64,000 bases of DNA from Syntrophorhabdaceae bacterium (GTDB lineage Bacteria > Desulfobacterota > Syntrophorhabdia > Syntrophorhabdales > Syntrophorhabdaceae): contig CAXXUO010000001.1 of NCBI GenBank assembly GCA_963666485.2, forward strand, positions 1,056,001 through 1,120,000, written 5' to 3'. A model generated the notes under the pieces. That model made no database searches and had not been told where the DNA came from. It saw only the letters and a list, made by a program, of their open reading frames with translations. A program made the translations under genes and the position numbers. This document shows, in pieces, positions 51,916 through 62,618 of this stretch. Position 1 is the first letter of the stretch. The number at the start of each line of letters is the position of its first letter.

Positions 51916-53328
51916 CTACCGGTGCTTGAATTCCATGATGAACCGGGTGCCATTGCCTCTTTCCCTGCGCAGGGACCCGTCAAGCTGCTCGTTCAGCATT
52001 TCGACAAGCTGCATGCCGAACCCGTGCTTTGCGCCCTCGGGCATCCCTGTCCCGTTGTCCTCGACGACGAGCGCCGCTTGATCCCCGTCTGTCAGGAAAG
52101 ATACATATATCATTCCCCGTTCCCTGCCGTCAAAGGCATACTTCATCGCATTCGTGATGAGCTCGTTTATAATGATGCCCACGGCCGAGAGGACCCTCGC
52201 ATCGAGGGTAATGTCCTCAATATCGGTCGTGACGGACACGCTCTCCCGGTTGGCAAAGTTCTCTATGATCTCCTTAACGAGGGCGGGAAGATATTCCCTG
52301 GCAGAGATGGCCCTGAAATCCATCGACCGGTACAATTTTTCGTAGAGGACCGCCATGCTCCGGATGCGGCTTTTCGTGTCCTCGAGCATCGCCAGGGCCG
52401 CGGGGTCTTTGACCGTATCGGATTGCAGGGAAAGAAGGCTCATGATCGTGACCATGTTGTTCTTGAGCCGGTGATGCACCTCCTGGAGAAGTATCTCTTT
52501 TTCGGAAAGAAGCGACCGGACCCTCTCCTCATTTTGCTTGCGATTGGTGATGTCGGACACCGTGCCGGTGAAGAGATATGCGGACCCGTTCGCATCGAAT
52601 ACGGGAAAGCCCCTGTCTTCGACCCATATTTCCGTGCCATCCGGACGAATGACGCGGTACGGGATCACCCATGGTGTGAGATTCGACCTGTGAAGCTCAG
52701 ATTCATCGAGGAAATGCTGCCGGTCTTCGGGATGGATGGCCTCAACGAAAGAGGTCGGTGATTCGTAGAGGCTTTCGGGTGTCCTGCCCCACAGTTTCTC
52801 GTAGGCCGGACTGACATATATCATGCGGTCTAACCCGGGTGTTGCCATCCAGAAGACATCATGGATGGTTTCGGCTATCAGGCGGTATTTTTTCTCGCTT
52901 TCTTCAAGGGATCTCTCAGTCCTGTATTGTTCGGTCACATCCTGTATCTGGGCCACGTAACCGGCCGGCTTGTCGCCTATCGCCAGGGGCGCCACCATGA
53001 TATCAAGCGTGCAGGTCCCTTCCCGGGTCGTCTCGTATAAATTATATTTTTTGACCAGATCGAAACTAAAATCATATGTCCGCCTGACCGTTTCCCCCTT
53101 TTTCAGTCTGGCTTTCATGTCATCGGTAATGTTCGGGTCGTCAAAGAGGCTGAATTTCGCTATTTGCCCGGAGTGAACGACGCCGAACATCTCGAGGCAG
53201 GCCTTGTTTGCCACTTCCAGCCTGCCATCCGCATCATAATACTCGATGGCAATAGGAGATCTATCGAAAATGGCCATGTACCGTGCGAGGTCTAGTTCAA
53301 TGGTTTCCGGTTCTATTGTTGTATGCAA
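51916..53328 (-). CDS. PAS-PAS-HisKA_2 sensor histidine kinase
   Basis: [18 protein letters not shown] and DNGTG motifs. Confidence 0.9.
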   Translation of the reverse strand: MHTTIEPETIELDLARYMAIFDRSPIAIEYYDADGRLEVANKACLEMFGVVHSGQIAKFSLFDDPNITDDMKARLKKGETVRRTYDFSFDLVKKYNLYETTREGTCTLDIMVAPLAIGDKPAGYVAQIQDVTEQYRTERSLEESEKKYRLIAETIHDVFWMATPGLDRMIYVSPAYEKLWGRTPESLYESPTSFVEAIHPEDRQHFLDESELHRSNLTPWVIPYRVIRPDGTEIWVEDRGFPVFDANGSAYLFTGTVSDITNRKQNEERVRSLLSEKEILLQEVHHRLKNNMVTIMSLLSLQSDTVKDPAALAMLEDTKSRIRSMAVLYEKLYRSMDFRAISAREYLPALVKEIIENFANRESVSVTTDIEDITLDARVLSAVGIIINELITNAMKYAFDGRERGMIYVSFLTDGDQAALVVEDNGTGMPEGAKHGFGMQLVEMLNEQLDGSLRRERGNGTRFIMEFKHR

Positions 53329-53331
53329 TGT

Positions 53332-56300
53332 TTATCCTGATCGCTGTGCGTCGTCTATGTTCCGTTCCAGCACGTCTTTCAATTCCCGGAACGCGTCTTC
53401 GAGGCCGGGCAACCTTTCGCGGACTCCCGGTGTGTCGTTTGCCCTGCCCTTGAGTTCAATATCATACGCAAGGGCACGGAGCCTTTCCGCCCCGATATTC
53501 GCCGCGGCGCCTTTTATCGTGTGGGCGCTGCGTTCAGCGCTTACGGCATCTCCCGCCCCGGCGTGCTCTTTCAATGTAGAGATCTGACGGGGCATATCGT
53601 CCAGAAAGGTGCGTACAATAATTGCCGCCAGTTCCCGGTCGTCCCCGAGAAACCGGTCCATTACCGTTCTGTCGAAGACCGGGGCCGCGGCCTTTTTATC
53701 GGCAGCTTTGCCCGGCGACGAAAAGACAGGCCCTTCGACATCGCCGGTCTTTGCCCACCTGTGTATGGCTTTCTCCAGGTCTTTCGGGATGACGGGCTTG
53801 CTCAGGTAATCATTCATGCCGGCCTCGAGACAGCGTTCCCTGTCTCCCTGCATGGCATGTGCGGTCATCGCGATGATCGGTATGGAGGGGTTGAGTACCC
53901 GGGATTCGGGATCGCGTATGCGCCGCGTCGCCTCCAAACCGTCCATCTCGGGCATCTGTACGTCCATTAAGACCAGGTCGTACGGGACCGCCTTAAGGGC
54001 ACTGACCGCTTCCGAGCCGTTCGCTACGGCATCGGAATGGAAACCGAGCTTCTTCAAAATACCCATTGCGACCTGCTGGTTCGTAATATTATCTTCCGCG
54101 ATGAGGATCCGCACCGAGCTTCGCCGCATCTCACGGACCCGGTGCCGCGTCACGATAGGGGGCCTTTCATCGCTGCCTGTCACGGATGTCAGCACAGCGG
54201 TCAGGCACCCCATGAGTTCGGATTGCCGCGCGGGTTTTGTCAGGTACCCTGAGAACCCGCTCTCCTCCATTTTCCGGGCATCCCCGCGCTGGCCGAGCGA
54301 TGACAGGAGCACCATCCTGGTCCCGGCGAGCCCTTCGTCGCTGCGGACAGCACGGGCGAAGGCCGCTCCGTCCATGCCGGGCATCTGCATGTCAACGATC
54401 GCTATCCGGACGGGGTCGCCTTCTCGTGCTGCTGCATGCAGTGATTCAAGTGCCGTCGGGCCGTCACCCGCCTCGCTCACCCGCATGCCCCACACCCGTA
54501 ACTGGTTTCCCATGACATCGCGGTTGGTCGGGTTGTCGTCCACTACGAGAACGCGAATGTCTTTGAGCTCTACAGGTATCGCCGCATGTTCCTGTTTTAT
54601 GTCCGGCTGCTTCGCAAAACGGGCGGTGAATGAAAATTCAGACCCGGTGCCGGCGTCGCTCTTAAGCGTAATGGACCCGCCCATCATTTCCACAAGCTCC
54701 CGGGAGATGGCAAGCCCGAGCCCCGTTCCCCCGTACTTGCGCGTTGTGGACGCGTCGGCCTGGGTAAATTTTTCAAAAAGAATGGCCTGCTTATCCTGCG
54801 GGATACCGATGCCGGTATCCTTGATGGAGAACAGGATGAGCGCATCGTTATCTGTCTCCGAAACAAGGGCCGCCCTGATAGCGATCTCGCCCTTGTGGGT
54901 AAATTTTATTGCGTTGCCGGTGAGATTTGTCAGCACCTGGCGCAGGCGTCCGGGATCACCGCGCAGAAAGGACGGGACATCCGGGGATACCGCACAGATA
55001 AGCTCCAGGCCTTTTTCCGCGGCCTGCGCAGAAAAGATCACGCTGAAATCGTCGAGAAGGGCACGAAGGTCAAAGTCCAGTTCTTCAAGCTCGAACTTGC
55101 CCGCCTCGATCTTCGAAAAATCGAGGATCTGGTTGATAAGGGCGAGAAGCGCCTCGGCGCTTGACCGGACGGTTTCCGCGTAATGGCGCTGCTCTTCGCT
55201 CAACTGCGTGTCAAGCAAAAGGCCCGTCATCCCGATGACCCCGTTCATCGGCGTGCGGATCTCGTGGCTCATATTTGCAAGGAACTCGCTCTTTGCCGCG
55301 CTTGCCGCCTCTGCAAGGGCCCGGCCCTCAATGATCTCCTGCTCGGCTTTTTTCCGGTCGGTGATATCGAAGAAGGTTATAACGGCCCCCACGACCTTCC
55401 CGTCAAATACCTGCGGGTAAGACCAGTACTCGGCGGGAAAGCTGGTGCCGTCCTTACGCCACAGGACCTCATCGTTCACGGTGACCGCTTTCGCCTGGCG
55501 GAACGCCCGGTATATGTTGCAATCCTCTACGGGCATAGGACGCCCGTCGGGCCACGCGTAATGGATCAGGTCGTGCATATTTCTGCCAAGAAGTTCCTCG
55601 AGATGCGAGTACCCGAGGGTCCTGACGCATGACGGGTTTGCGAAGGTACAGTTTCCCTCGAGATCGATGCCGTAAATGGCCTCGGCGGTCGAGTCAAGAA
55701 GTATCCGGACACGCTCGTCGCTGTCCCTGCGTCTCTTTTCCGCCTCTTTCCGTTCGATGACCTTGCCGATGCGCTCGCATATCGACTTGAGCACGTCCGC
55801 CTCTTCTTTCAGGAAGGGTCCTTCGCCGTGATCGGGCATTTTCTCGAGATAGCCGACCTCGATGTGCCCCCGCCGTTGCCCGCTCGCCATGACGGGTGCG
55901 CTTAACTTCCATTCGGTTTCGTGGAAATTGGAGGTCCTGAATTCCGCGTCATCCACGGTGATCCTCGCATATGCCATCTCGGGGTAGAACCATCCCGGCG
56001 GGATCGCATCGGCAATGTGCTGCAGCATATCCCCGAGGGCGTCATATGTTTCGATGCAGTTCGCCACCGAGTAGATGCACCGCAATTCCTTCGTCCTTTC
56101 ACGCAGCGTCTCCTCGGCGAGCATCCTTCCGGTCACCTTCCAGACGGCTTCCATGAGGAGCGATACCTGGAGGACATCCGTCTCGTCGTAATCCGCCTCT
56201 TTGTTGGCGAGCCCGACGACGCCGACGATCTCGAGGTCTTTGAATACCGGGACGGTCATAAATTTGCGGAGCATGACATGACCTTCCGGATATCCCTTCT

Positions 56301-58140
56301 TCAGGGGATGGTCTGCCTCAAAATCGTTGAGCACGATCGGCTTTCTCTGCCTGACCGCCTCGCCCCAGGCACCCGTTTTATCGAGTTCGTACCGGGACTG
56401 GGGGTTCGCGACGGCGCATTCGGGCATGACGTCTTTCGACCACGTGTTGAGCACGAATTCCCGCCGGTGCTCGTCGTAATAGTAGATATAACCGATCTTG
56501 CTCCCGGTGAGCCTGATCGCCTGTTCGAGTGCGTAGTCGAGAAACTCTTGGACGTTTTCCGAGGGGTGCTGCAGTATGTCGACAAGCCTTTTCAGGCGGG
56601 ACGCGTTGCGTGCGAGTTCATCTATGATGTGTTTTCTCTCTGTTATATCGCGCAGGTACGCAAGAATTGCCGGAGCGCCCATGTATGTGATCATGTTGAC
56701 CGAAACTTCTATTTCAACGGGTGACCCGTCTTTGCGGATCCCCTTGAATTCATATCGTGCAGGGACAAACTCACCCTTCTGCCGGGCCCTGGCGTAGCCG
56801 GCGACCTTTTCGCGATCGTCGGGGTGAACGATCAAATATTGCTCGGTGCCGGCTATCTCGTCAAGGCTCGTATACCCGAATATATCGAGGAACCTCGGGT
56901 TTACGTAAACGTGCGTGAAACCCTGGACTATTGCGACGGCGTCGTTCGACGATTCTATGGCAACGCGGTACCTTTCCTCGGATTCTTTCAGGACCTCTTC
57001 GGCCTGTTTGGTTTCATTGATGTCGCGCGCTACGTGTACCCCGCCGGCAAGGTCTCCGTCCCGGGAAAAAAGCGGAGTGCATGTTACGAGAAAATGTCCG
57101 CCGATCTTTTCCTCAAAAATCTCGGCAACATGCTCCTGGTGATCGGCCATAAGTTTTGCGTGGGGGCAAAAAGAGGGCGGGGCGTCGGTCCCGTGAACCA
57201 CCTGATAACATTTGAGGCCGACGGCATCCGGGGGGAGCGTGCCGAGTTTTGCCGCCATCGCACGGTTGATGCGCCGTATCGTATGATCAGGCGCCATTAT
57301 GGAAATGAGGTCCGGGACCGCGTCGAACGTCCTTTCCCATTCATCCTTGGCCCGAAGGATCTTTTCCTCGGACGCTTTTCGGTCGGTTATGTCATGAACA
57401 GTACCGTAGAGCCGATAAAAACCGGCACCGTCGTCTTCGAAACACCGTGCAGAGGAATGTATCCAACGCTCCCCGCCCGTCTTCGTTGTTATCTTTATCT
57501 CGCAGTCGCTTGCTTCCCCGGGTTTGAGGTCCAGGATGTTCCGCTGGAAATCAGGAAAGGAACCCGGGTGGACCATAGGCTTCCAGCATCCCCATGCGAC
57601 AATCTCATCTATGCTGTAGCCCGTTATCTTTTCCGTGGCGCCCGCTATCCAGTCGATCGCGTATTCGCCGCCCGGTGATTTTGTGCACGAATAGATGTAG
57701 TCCGCTATCATCCCGGAGATGTGCTTGTGGCGGGCCTCGCTTTCCGCCACCTTCCGGTGCGCCTCGTGCAGCTTGAACGCCATCTTGATCGAGGCGTTGA
57801 GGACCGTCTCGCCGGAATCTTTTACCACGTATCCGTACGATGTTATCTTTTCGGTTTTTTCTACGATGTCCGCCTGGGTATAGCTTGACAGGAAAAGTAC
57901 CGGGACATCGATCTCCCTGAGGATGATCTCGGAACATTCCGTGCCATCCATCTTACCCTTGCCGAGGTTTATATCCATCAGGATAATATCTGGCCGCCGG
58001 CCTTTTCTTACTGCCTGGATGGCTTTTTCCGCGGACGATACGGTCATGACCTCATAACCGTACTTCTCGAGCGCCTTTTTCTGCGACATGGCGATCAGGG
58101 CTTCATCTTCCACGAGAAGAATGGTCTTTCTGTCTCCCAC
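53332..58140 (-). CDS. Large hybrid kinase: REC-PAS x3-GAF(s)-PAS-HisKA-HATPase-REC-REC-HPt
   Basis: N-terminal REC, FLANMSHEIRTPMNG, GNAIKFT, YGGTGLGL, two C-terminal REC domains, HPt AHTIKGAAANIGA; GGAGG RBS before GTG. Confidence 0.93.
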   Translation of the reverse strand: MGDRKTILLVEDEALIAMSQKKALEKYGYEVMTVSSAEKAIQAVRKGRRPDIILMDINLGKGKMDGTECSEIILREIDVPVLFLSSYTQADIVEKTEKITSYGYVVKDSGETVLNASIKMAFKLHEAHRKVAESEARHKHISGMIADYIYSCTKSPGGEYAIDWIAGATEKITGYSIDEIVAWGCWKPMVHPGSFPDFQRNILDLKPGEASDCEIKITTKTGGERWIHSSARCFEDDGAGFYRLYGTVHDITDRKASEEKILRAKDEWERTFDAVPDLISIMAPDHTIRRINRAMAAKLGTLPPDAVGLKCYQVVHGTDAPPSFCPHAKLMADHQEHVAEIFEEKIGGHFLVTCTPLFSRDGDLAGGVHVARDINETKQAEEVLKESEERYRVAIESSNDAVAIVQGFTHVYVNPRFLDIFGYTSLDEIAGTEQYLIVHPDDREKVAGYARARQKGEFVPARYEFKGIRKDGSPVEIEVSVNMITYMGAPAILAYLRDITERKHIIDELARNASRLKRLVDILQHPSENVQEFLDYALEQAIRLTGSKIGYIYYYDEHRREFVLNTWSKDVMPECAVANPQSRYELDKTGAWGEAVRQRKPIVLNDFEADHPLKKGYPEGHVMLRKFMTVPVFKDLEIVGVVGLANKEADYDETDVLQVSLLMEAVWKVTGRMLAEETLRERTKELRCIYSVANCIETYDALGDMLQHIADAIPPGWFYPEMAYARITVDDAEFRTSNFHETEWKLSAPVMASGQRRGHIEVGYLEKMPDHGEGPFLKEEADVLKSICERIGKVIERKEAEKRRRDSDERVRILLDSTAEAIYGIDLEGNCTFANPSCVRTLGYSHLEELLGRNMHDLIHYAWPDGRPMPVEDCNIYRAFRQAKAVTVNDEVLWRKDGTSFPAEYWSYPQVFDGKVVGAVITFFDITDRKKAEQEIIEGRALAEAASAAKSEFLANMSHEIRTPMNGVIGMTGLLLDTQLSEEQRHYAETVRSSAEALLALINQILDFSKIEAGKFELEELDFDLRALLDDFSVIFSAQAAEKGLELICAVSPDVPSFLRGDPGRLRQVLTNLTGNAIKFTHKGEIAIRAALVSETDNDALILFSIKDTGIGIPQDKQAILFEKFTQADASTTRKYGGTGLGLAISRELVEMMGGSITLKSDAGTGSEFSFTARFAKQPDIKQEHAAIPVELKDIRVLVVDDNPTNRDVMGNQLRVWGMRVSEAGDGPTALESLHAAAREGDPVRIAIVDMQMPGMDGAAFARAVRSDEGLAGTRMVLLSSLGQRGDARKMEESGFSGYLTKPARQSELMGCLTAVLTSVTGSDERPPIVTRHRVREMRRSSVRILIAEDNITNQQVAMGILKKLGFHSDAVANGSEAVSALKAVPYDLVLMDVQMPEMDGLEATRRIRDPESRVLNPSIPIIAMTAHAMQGDRERCLEAGMNDYLSKPVIPKDLEKAIHRWAKTGDVEGPVFSSPGKAADKKAAAPVFDRTVMDRFLGDDRELAAIIVRTFLDDMPRQISTLKEHAGAGDAVSAERSAHTIKGAAANIGAERLRALAYDIELKGRANDTPGVRERLPGLEDAFRELKDVLERNIDDAQRSG

Positions 58141-58182
58141 CCGGACCTCCTCGGGGCTAAGAATGGCGCGGGGCGGTCCCCG

Positions 58183-60231
58183 TCACGCACTGTCCCCGGC
58201 TATCTGTATTGCGAGCGAAAAAACGGTCCCCTTGCCGCGTACGATGTCAAGGTTTCCTTCGAGCTGTTCGGTCAAAAGGCCAACGATCTGCATGCCGAGG
58301 CCTGTGGCGTTCTCCATGCTGAAGCCGTCAGGCAGGCCCGCCCCGTTATCTGAAACCATAAGGACTACAGCGGGGCCCGATGAGGAAAGGGCGACCGCGA
58401 CCTCACCGCCCGTGCCTCCGGGGAAGGCATGCTTGAGAGAGTTCGTGAGAAGCTCGTTCAGGATAAGGCCCAGAGGTGCCGCTGTTTTCACATCTATTTC
58501 GACAGCGTCGAGGTCTTTTCGGACGGCGATCCTGTCGTTGTCCTGCAGGTACGAGGACGCGATCGATTGGATGATAATTTCGAGGTAGCGGTCGAGCCTG
58601 ACCTTGCGCGAGTCCCCCGTCTGGTACAACAACTGGTACAGGTTGCCGAGGGACCGTATCCGGTCGTTGACCGACTTGAGCGCCGAGCGTGTCTCCTCAT
58701 CCTCGTGGTTGCCGATCTCTAAAGATACGAGGCCCGCAATGATGGAAAGGCTGTTCTTGATGCGGTGCTGAAGCTCGCGGAACATGGAGTTCTTCTCTTC
58801 CAGGGCCCTGGCAATGATATTTTCCGCTCTTTTGCGGTCGGTGATATCCTGGATGGTCCCCATGACACTGTTCTTCCCGGAGGCATCGTCATGGAAGAAG
58901 AGCCCCCTGTCAAGGACCGTGATGTAATGACCGTCCTTGTGCCGCATCCCGTATTCCACCTGGAACCTGTTCTTCATTCTCGCGGCCTCGTTTATTGTCT
59001 CGAGTACCCGCGAGAGGTCCTCCGGTTCGACCAGGCCTTTCCACTGTTCGAAATAATTCGATGCGATCTCCTTGGGCCCGTACCCGAGAACCTCCCCGAG
59101 GCTCCCGCTGAAGGCTACCATTTTGTCGTCCAGGGTCATATCGTACACTATCTGCCCGGAAGAACCGACGACAAGGTCGTACCGCTTTTTCCATGCAAGT
59201 GCTTCATCCTCGGCGTGTTTTCTCTGCGTGGTCTCATGGGCGAAGATCACTATCCGGGAGACCGTCCCGTCGTCGTCAAACACCGGCGAGCAAAAGAGTT
59301 CGAAGTTCCTCCCGTCCCGGACATCCTCGAAATAGACCGTTTCACCTGTTGCGGCGACGGCGTCTACCCCTGCCTTTCTCCGTTTCGCGACGGCAGGCGG
59401 AAAATGATCGTAGAGACAGGTCCCCACAAGCTCGTCCACTTTTTTACCCAGCCGCTCTGCGCCGGTCGTGTTGGAAAGCAGGACAGTCCCGTCCCGGTCG
59501 ACCATCACAAGGCTCTCATGCGTTGCATTGATGAGGGTGCGGAGGGTGTCCTCATTGTCCGTGCCGCCGCCCGCCGGTGCAACGCGCGGTGCGGCAGGCA
59601 TATCCGGGCGGGGCATGTCGTCACGGCCCTCCGGTGCCTTGTAAAACTGGGGATACAGCTTGGCCGCGCACTCCGGGCAGATGCCGTGGCTGAACTCGGC
59701 ATCGGTATGTTCCCTGACGTACGCCTCCACCTGTTTCCAGTACCCCTGGTCATCCCGTATCCTTTTACAGCTCGCGCAGATAGGGACGATGCCGCGCAGC
59801 GTCTTCACGTGGTCGAGCGCGTCACGGAGCTCTGCCACGTTGTCCGCCAGTTTGCCCTGTAATTCTATCATTCGCCTGCCCACCTCGATCCTGGCCTTCA
59901 ATTCGCCCGGATCGAAAGGCTTTGACAGGTAATCGTTGGCCCCGGCGCTGAGGCCCTCGATGATGTCGGCCTTTTCCGTCTTTGTGGTGAGCATGATGAG
60001 GTAGGGCGGGTTGGTGCGCTGATCGGCGCGCAGCGCCCTGACAATGTCGAGCCCGTCCATTTTCGGCATCATCCAGTCGAGTATTGCAAGTTTCGGCGCG
60101 TCAGGCCCTTCCAGTATCCCTAAGGCCTCGAGCCCGTCGACTGCCTGCACCACCTCGTGCCCCGCTTTTCTCAGGACGGCATCGAGCAATACCCGGGAAG
60201 TGAGATCATCTTCAGCAATGAGAATTCGCAT
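58183..60231 (-). CDS. REC + Cys/His module + PAS-PAS-HisKA_2 kinase (apparent fusion)
   Basis: REC (LDWMMP, KPF), PICASCKRIRDD..W...SHGICPEC, two PAS, RELQHRIKNSL and DNGAG motifs. Confidence 0.85.
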   Translation of the reverse strand: MRILIAEDDLTSRVLLDAVLRKAGHEVVQAVDGLEALGILEGPDAPKLAILDWMMPKMDGLDIVRALRADQRTNPPYLIMLTTKTEKADIIEGLSAGANDYLSKPFDPGELKARIEVGRRMIELQGKLADNVAELRDALDHVKTLRGIVPICASCKRIRDDQGYWKQVEAYVREHTDAEFSHGICPECAAKLYPQFYKAPEGRDDMPRPDMPAAPRVAPAGGGTDNEDTLRTLINATHESLVMVDRDGTVLLSNTTGAERLGKKVDELVGTCLYDHFPPAVAKRRKAGVDAVAATGETVYFEDVRDGRNFELFCSPVFDDDGTVSRIVIFAHETTQRKHAEDEALAWKKRYDLVVGSSGQIVYDMTLDDKMVAFSGSLGEVLGYGPKEIASNYFEQWKGLVEPEDLSRVLETINEAARMKNRFQVEYGMRHKDGHYITVLDRGLFFHDDASGKNSVMGTIQDITDRKRAENIIARALEEKNSMFRELQHRIKNSLSIIAGLVSLEIGNHEDEETRSALKSVNDRIRSLGNLYQLLYQTGDSRKVRLDRYLEIIIQSIASSYLQDNDRIAVRKDLDAVEIDVKTAAPLGLILNELLTNSLKHAFPGGTGGEVAVALSSSGPAVVLMVSDNGAGLPDGFSMENATGLGMQIVGLLTEQLEGNLDIVRGKGTVFSLAIQIAGDSA

Positions 60232-60249
60232 CGTTAACCCGGCCTCCCG

Positions 60250-60645
60250 TCACCAGATCAGGTTGAGCCTGCGCAGCTCTTCCAGCAGCTTCGTCTTCTG
60301 GATCGGCTTCACGAGAAAAGCATCGCATTTCCCGCGAATGGCTTCGATCACGTTCTCTTTGTCGGCGAGGGCGGTCGTCATGATTATTTTCATCCATCGG
60401 GATATGACGAGCCCTTTTTCCTCTTCCAGGGCCCGTATCTCCTTGAGCGCCTGCTGGCCGTCCATTTCGGGCATCATGATGTCGAGGCAGATGAGATCGT
60501 AGGGCTCCCCGGATTGTTCCGCCAGCTTTACGGCCTCCAGGGCCTCCTTGCCGTTGAATGCCATGTGCACCGGGCCATATTTTTTCAGAAGCTCCTGGAG
60601 AAGCAGGCGGCTTACAAAATCATCCTCGGCTATCAATGTTTTCAT
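60250..60645 (-). CDS. Single-domain CheY-like response regulator
   Basis: AEDD, LDIMMPEMDG, TTA and KPI motifs; 131 aa. Confidence 0.92.
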   Translation of the reverse strand: MKTLIAEDDFVSRLLLQELLKKYGPVHMAFNGKEALEAVKLAEQSGEPYDLICLDIMMPEMDGQQALKEIRALEEEKGLVISRWMKIIMTTALADKENVIEAIRGKCDAFLVKPIQKTKLLEELRRLNLIW

Positions 60646-62618
60646 GTTCTTTTCCCACCCAGATTATTTTCCCCGGAGGTCTTTCCCGTTGCGTGCCAGC
60701 CCCCGCCGGGACGCGCCGATCTGTCGAGCAGCGCCCGGACCTCCGCGAGGAGCTTTTCGACGGTAAAAGGCTTCTGAATGTAGCCGGCCTGATCGTCGAT
60801 GAGATACTCCTTCACGAGCGAGTCCCTGTCATGCCCGCTCATGAACAGGGCACCGATGTCCGGGTTTATCCCTTTCATTTTATCGAGAACGGCCTGCCCG
60901 TTCGCTTTCGGCATGACGACGTCGAGTATCACGAGCGAAAAGCCCCCGTCGTACTGCCTGAACTTTTCCAGGGCTTCATCCCCGTCACGCGCGGTTATCA
61001 CGGTATAACCGTGGCTTTTAAGCCCGGTCTCGACGAAATCGCACACAAGGGATTCATCTTCGGCAAGGAGTATCTTTTCGCTGCCGGCACGGGGTGAAGC
61101 CGTCCGGGCGATCGAGGCCTCCCGGTCTATCGGTTCGGTCAGGGGGAAATACACCTCGAAGGATGTTCCTCGTCCCGGTTCGCTCTTCAACGTTATAAAC
61201 CCGCCGTGCTGCTTTATGATGCGGTAGATGATCGACAGGCCGAGCCCGGTCCCTTTCCCCGCTTCCTTCGTGGTAAAGAAGGGGTCGAATATCTTTTCCC
61301 GGATCGAGGTGTCGATCCCGATGCCCGTGTCCGATACGGTCAGGAGCACAAAATTACCCGAATGGCCAAATTCAGCGTAGACGTCACTTTGCGCATCGAG
61401 TGTACAGCGGCCCGTCCTGATGCGTATGGTGCCGCCGTCCGGCATCGCGTCGCGGGCGTTTGTCGCCAGGTTCATGATGACCTGTTCTATCTGGTCCTGG
61501 TTCGCAAGGACCACGAGCTTTTCTTCGTCGAACCCGATGTCGAGCACAATGTCGTCCCGAAGGAGCCTTCCTAAGAATGTCTCGAATTTCCGTATGATCC
61601 CGTTGATGTCGACGGGCATCCGGGCAACGGTCTGTTTCCTCGAGAACACGAGGAGGCCCTTGGTCACGTTCGTCGCCTTCTCGCAGGCGCTGGATATGTT
61701 GTCGGCATAGATGCTGAGCATCGGGTCGCTTATTTTCAGCTTCAGAAGGCCCGCGTAGCCGGAAATGGTCGTGAGGATATTGTTAAAGTCATGGGATATG
61801 CCGCTCGCCAGCGTCCCGATAGCCTCGATCTTCTGGGTGTGCCGAAGCTGCGCCTCGAGGAGCCGCTCTTCCGTGACGTCCCGGACGCTGCCCTGGTAGC
61901 CGGAGCGCAGGCCGTCCGCGTCCTTCAATTCCACGGCATTGACAAGGCATTCGAGGACCTTCCCATCCTTCCTTTTCAACTTCATGGGAAATTCCTTCAC
62001 GGAACCTTTGAGGTTGAGCTCGTCGATAATCTTGTCCGCATCGGCCGTATCGTGGCACAGGTCGACGATCCTGACCCCTGTCATCTCGGTGTCGTTGTAG
62101 AGGAAGGTATCGAGGAAGGACCTGTTGTATTCTGTTACAGCCCCGGCTTTGTCCGTGATGAAAATGGAATCCTTGGAGTTCTCGAACAGCGTGTGGTATT
62201 TCTTTTCGCTCTGCCTGAGGAGCTTCTCGGTCCTGTGGCGATAAACGGCCATCTCGATCGTCGTGTGCAGCTCGCGGTCGTTGAAAGGCTTGAGGATATA
62301 CCCGAACGGCTCCGTTATTTTCGCCCTCTCGAGGGTTGTGTCGTCGGCAAACGCCGTGAGGTACACGATGGGGACGTCACAATAGTCCTTGATCATCGCT
62401 GCGGCTTCGATGCCGTCGATCTTGCCTTTCAGTTTTATATCCATGAGAATGAGGTCCGGTCTTATCTCCCGGGCCTTTTCAAATGCCGCCGCCCCTGTCT
62501 GGACTATCGCGGCAACCTCGTACCCGAGCCCTGACACGCTGCGCTCGATGTCCTTCGCCACGATCCGTTCATCTTCAACCAGGAGAATGCTTATCATTTC
62601 CGTCTCCTTATTCTTCAT
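60642..62618 (-). CDS. REC-PAS-HisKA-HATPase-REC hybrid kinase
   Basis: N-terminal REC ([18 protein letters not shown]), [20 protein letters not shown] and a C-terminal REC. Confidence 0.92.
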   Translation of the reverse strand: MKNKETEMISILLVEDERIVAKDIERSVSGLGYEVAAIVQTGAAAFEKAREIRPDLILMDIKLKGKIDGIEAAAMIKDYCDVPIVYLTAFADDTTLERAKITEPFGYILKPFNDRELHTTIEMAVYRHRTEKLLRQSEKKYHTLFENSKDSIFITDKAGAVTEYNRSFLDTFLYNDTEMTGVRIVDLCHDTADADKIIDELNLKGSVKEFPMKLKRKDGKVLECLVNAVELKDADGLRSGYQGSVRDVTEERLLEAQLRHTQKIEAIGTLASGISHDFNNILTTISGYAGLLKLKISDPMLSIYADNISSACEKATNVTKGLLVFSRKQTVARMPVDINGIIRKFETFLGRLLRDDIVLDIGFDEEKLVVLANQDQIEQVIMNLATNARDAMPDGGTIRIRTGRCTLDAQSDVYAEFGHSGNFVLLTVSDTGIGIDTSIREKIFDPFFTTKEAGKGTGLGLSIIYRIIKQHGGFITLKSEPGRGTSFEVYFPLTEPIDREASIARTASPRAGSEKILLAEDESLVCDFVETGLKSHGYTVITARDGDEALEKFRQYDGGFSLVILDVVMPKANGQAVLDKMKGINPDIGALFMSGHDRDSLVKEYLIDDQAGYIQKPFTVEKLLAEVRALLDRSARPGGGWHATGKTSGENNLGGKRT

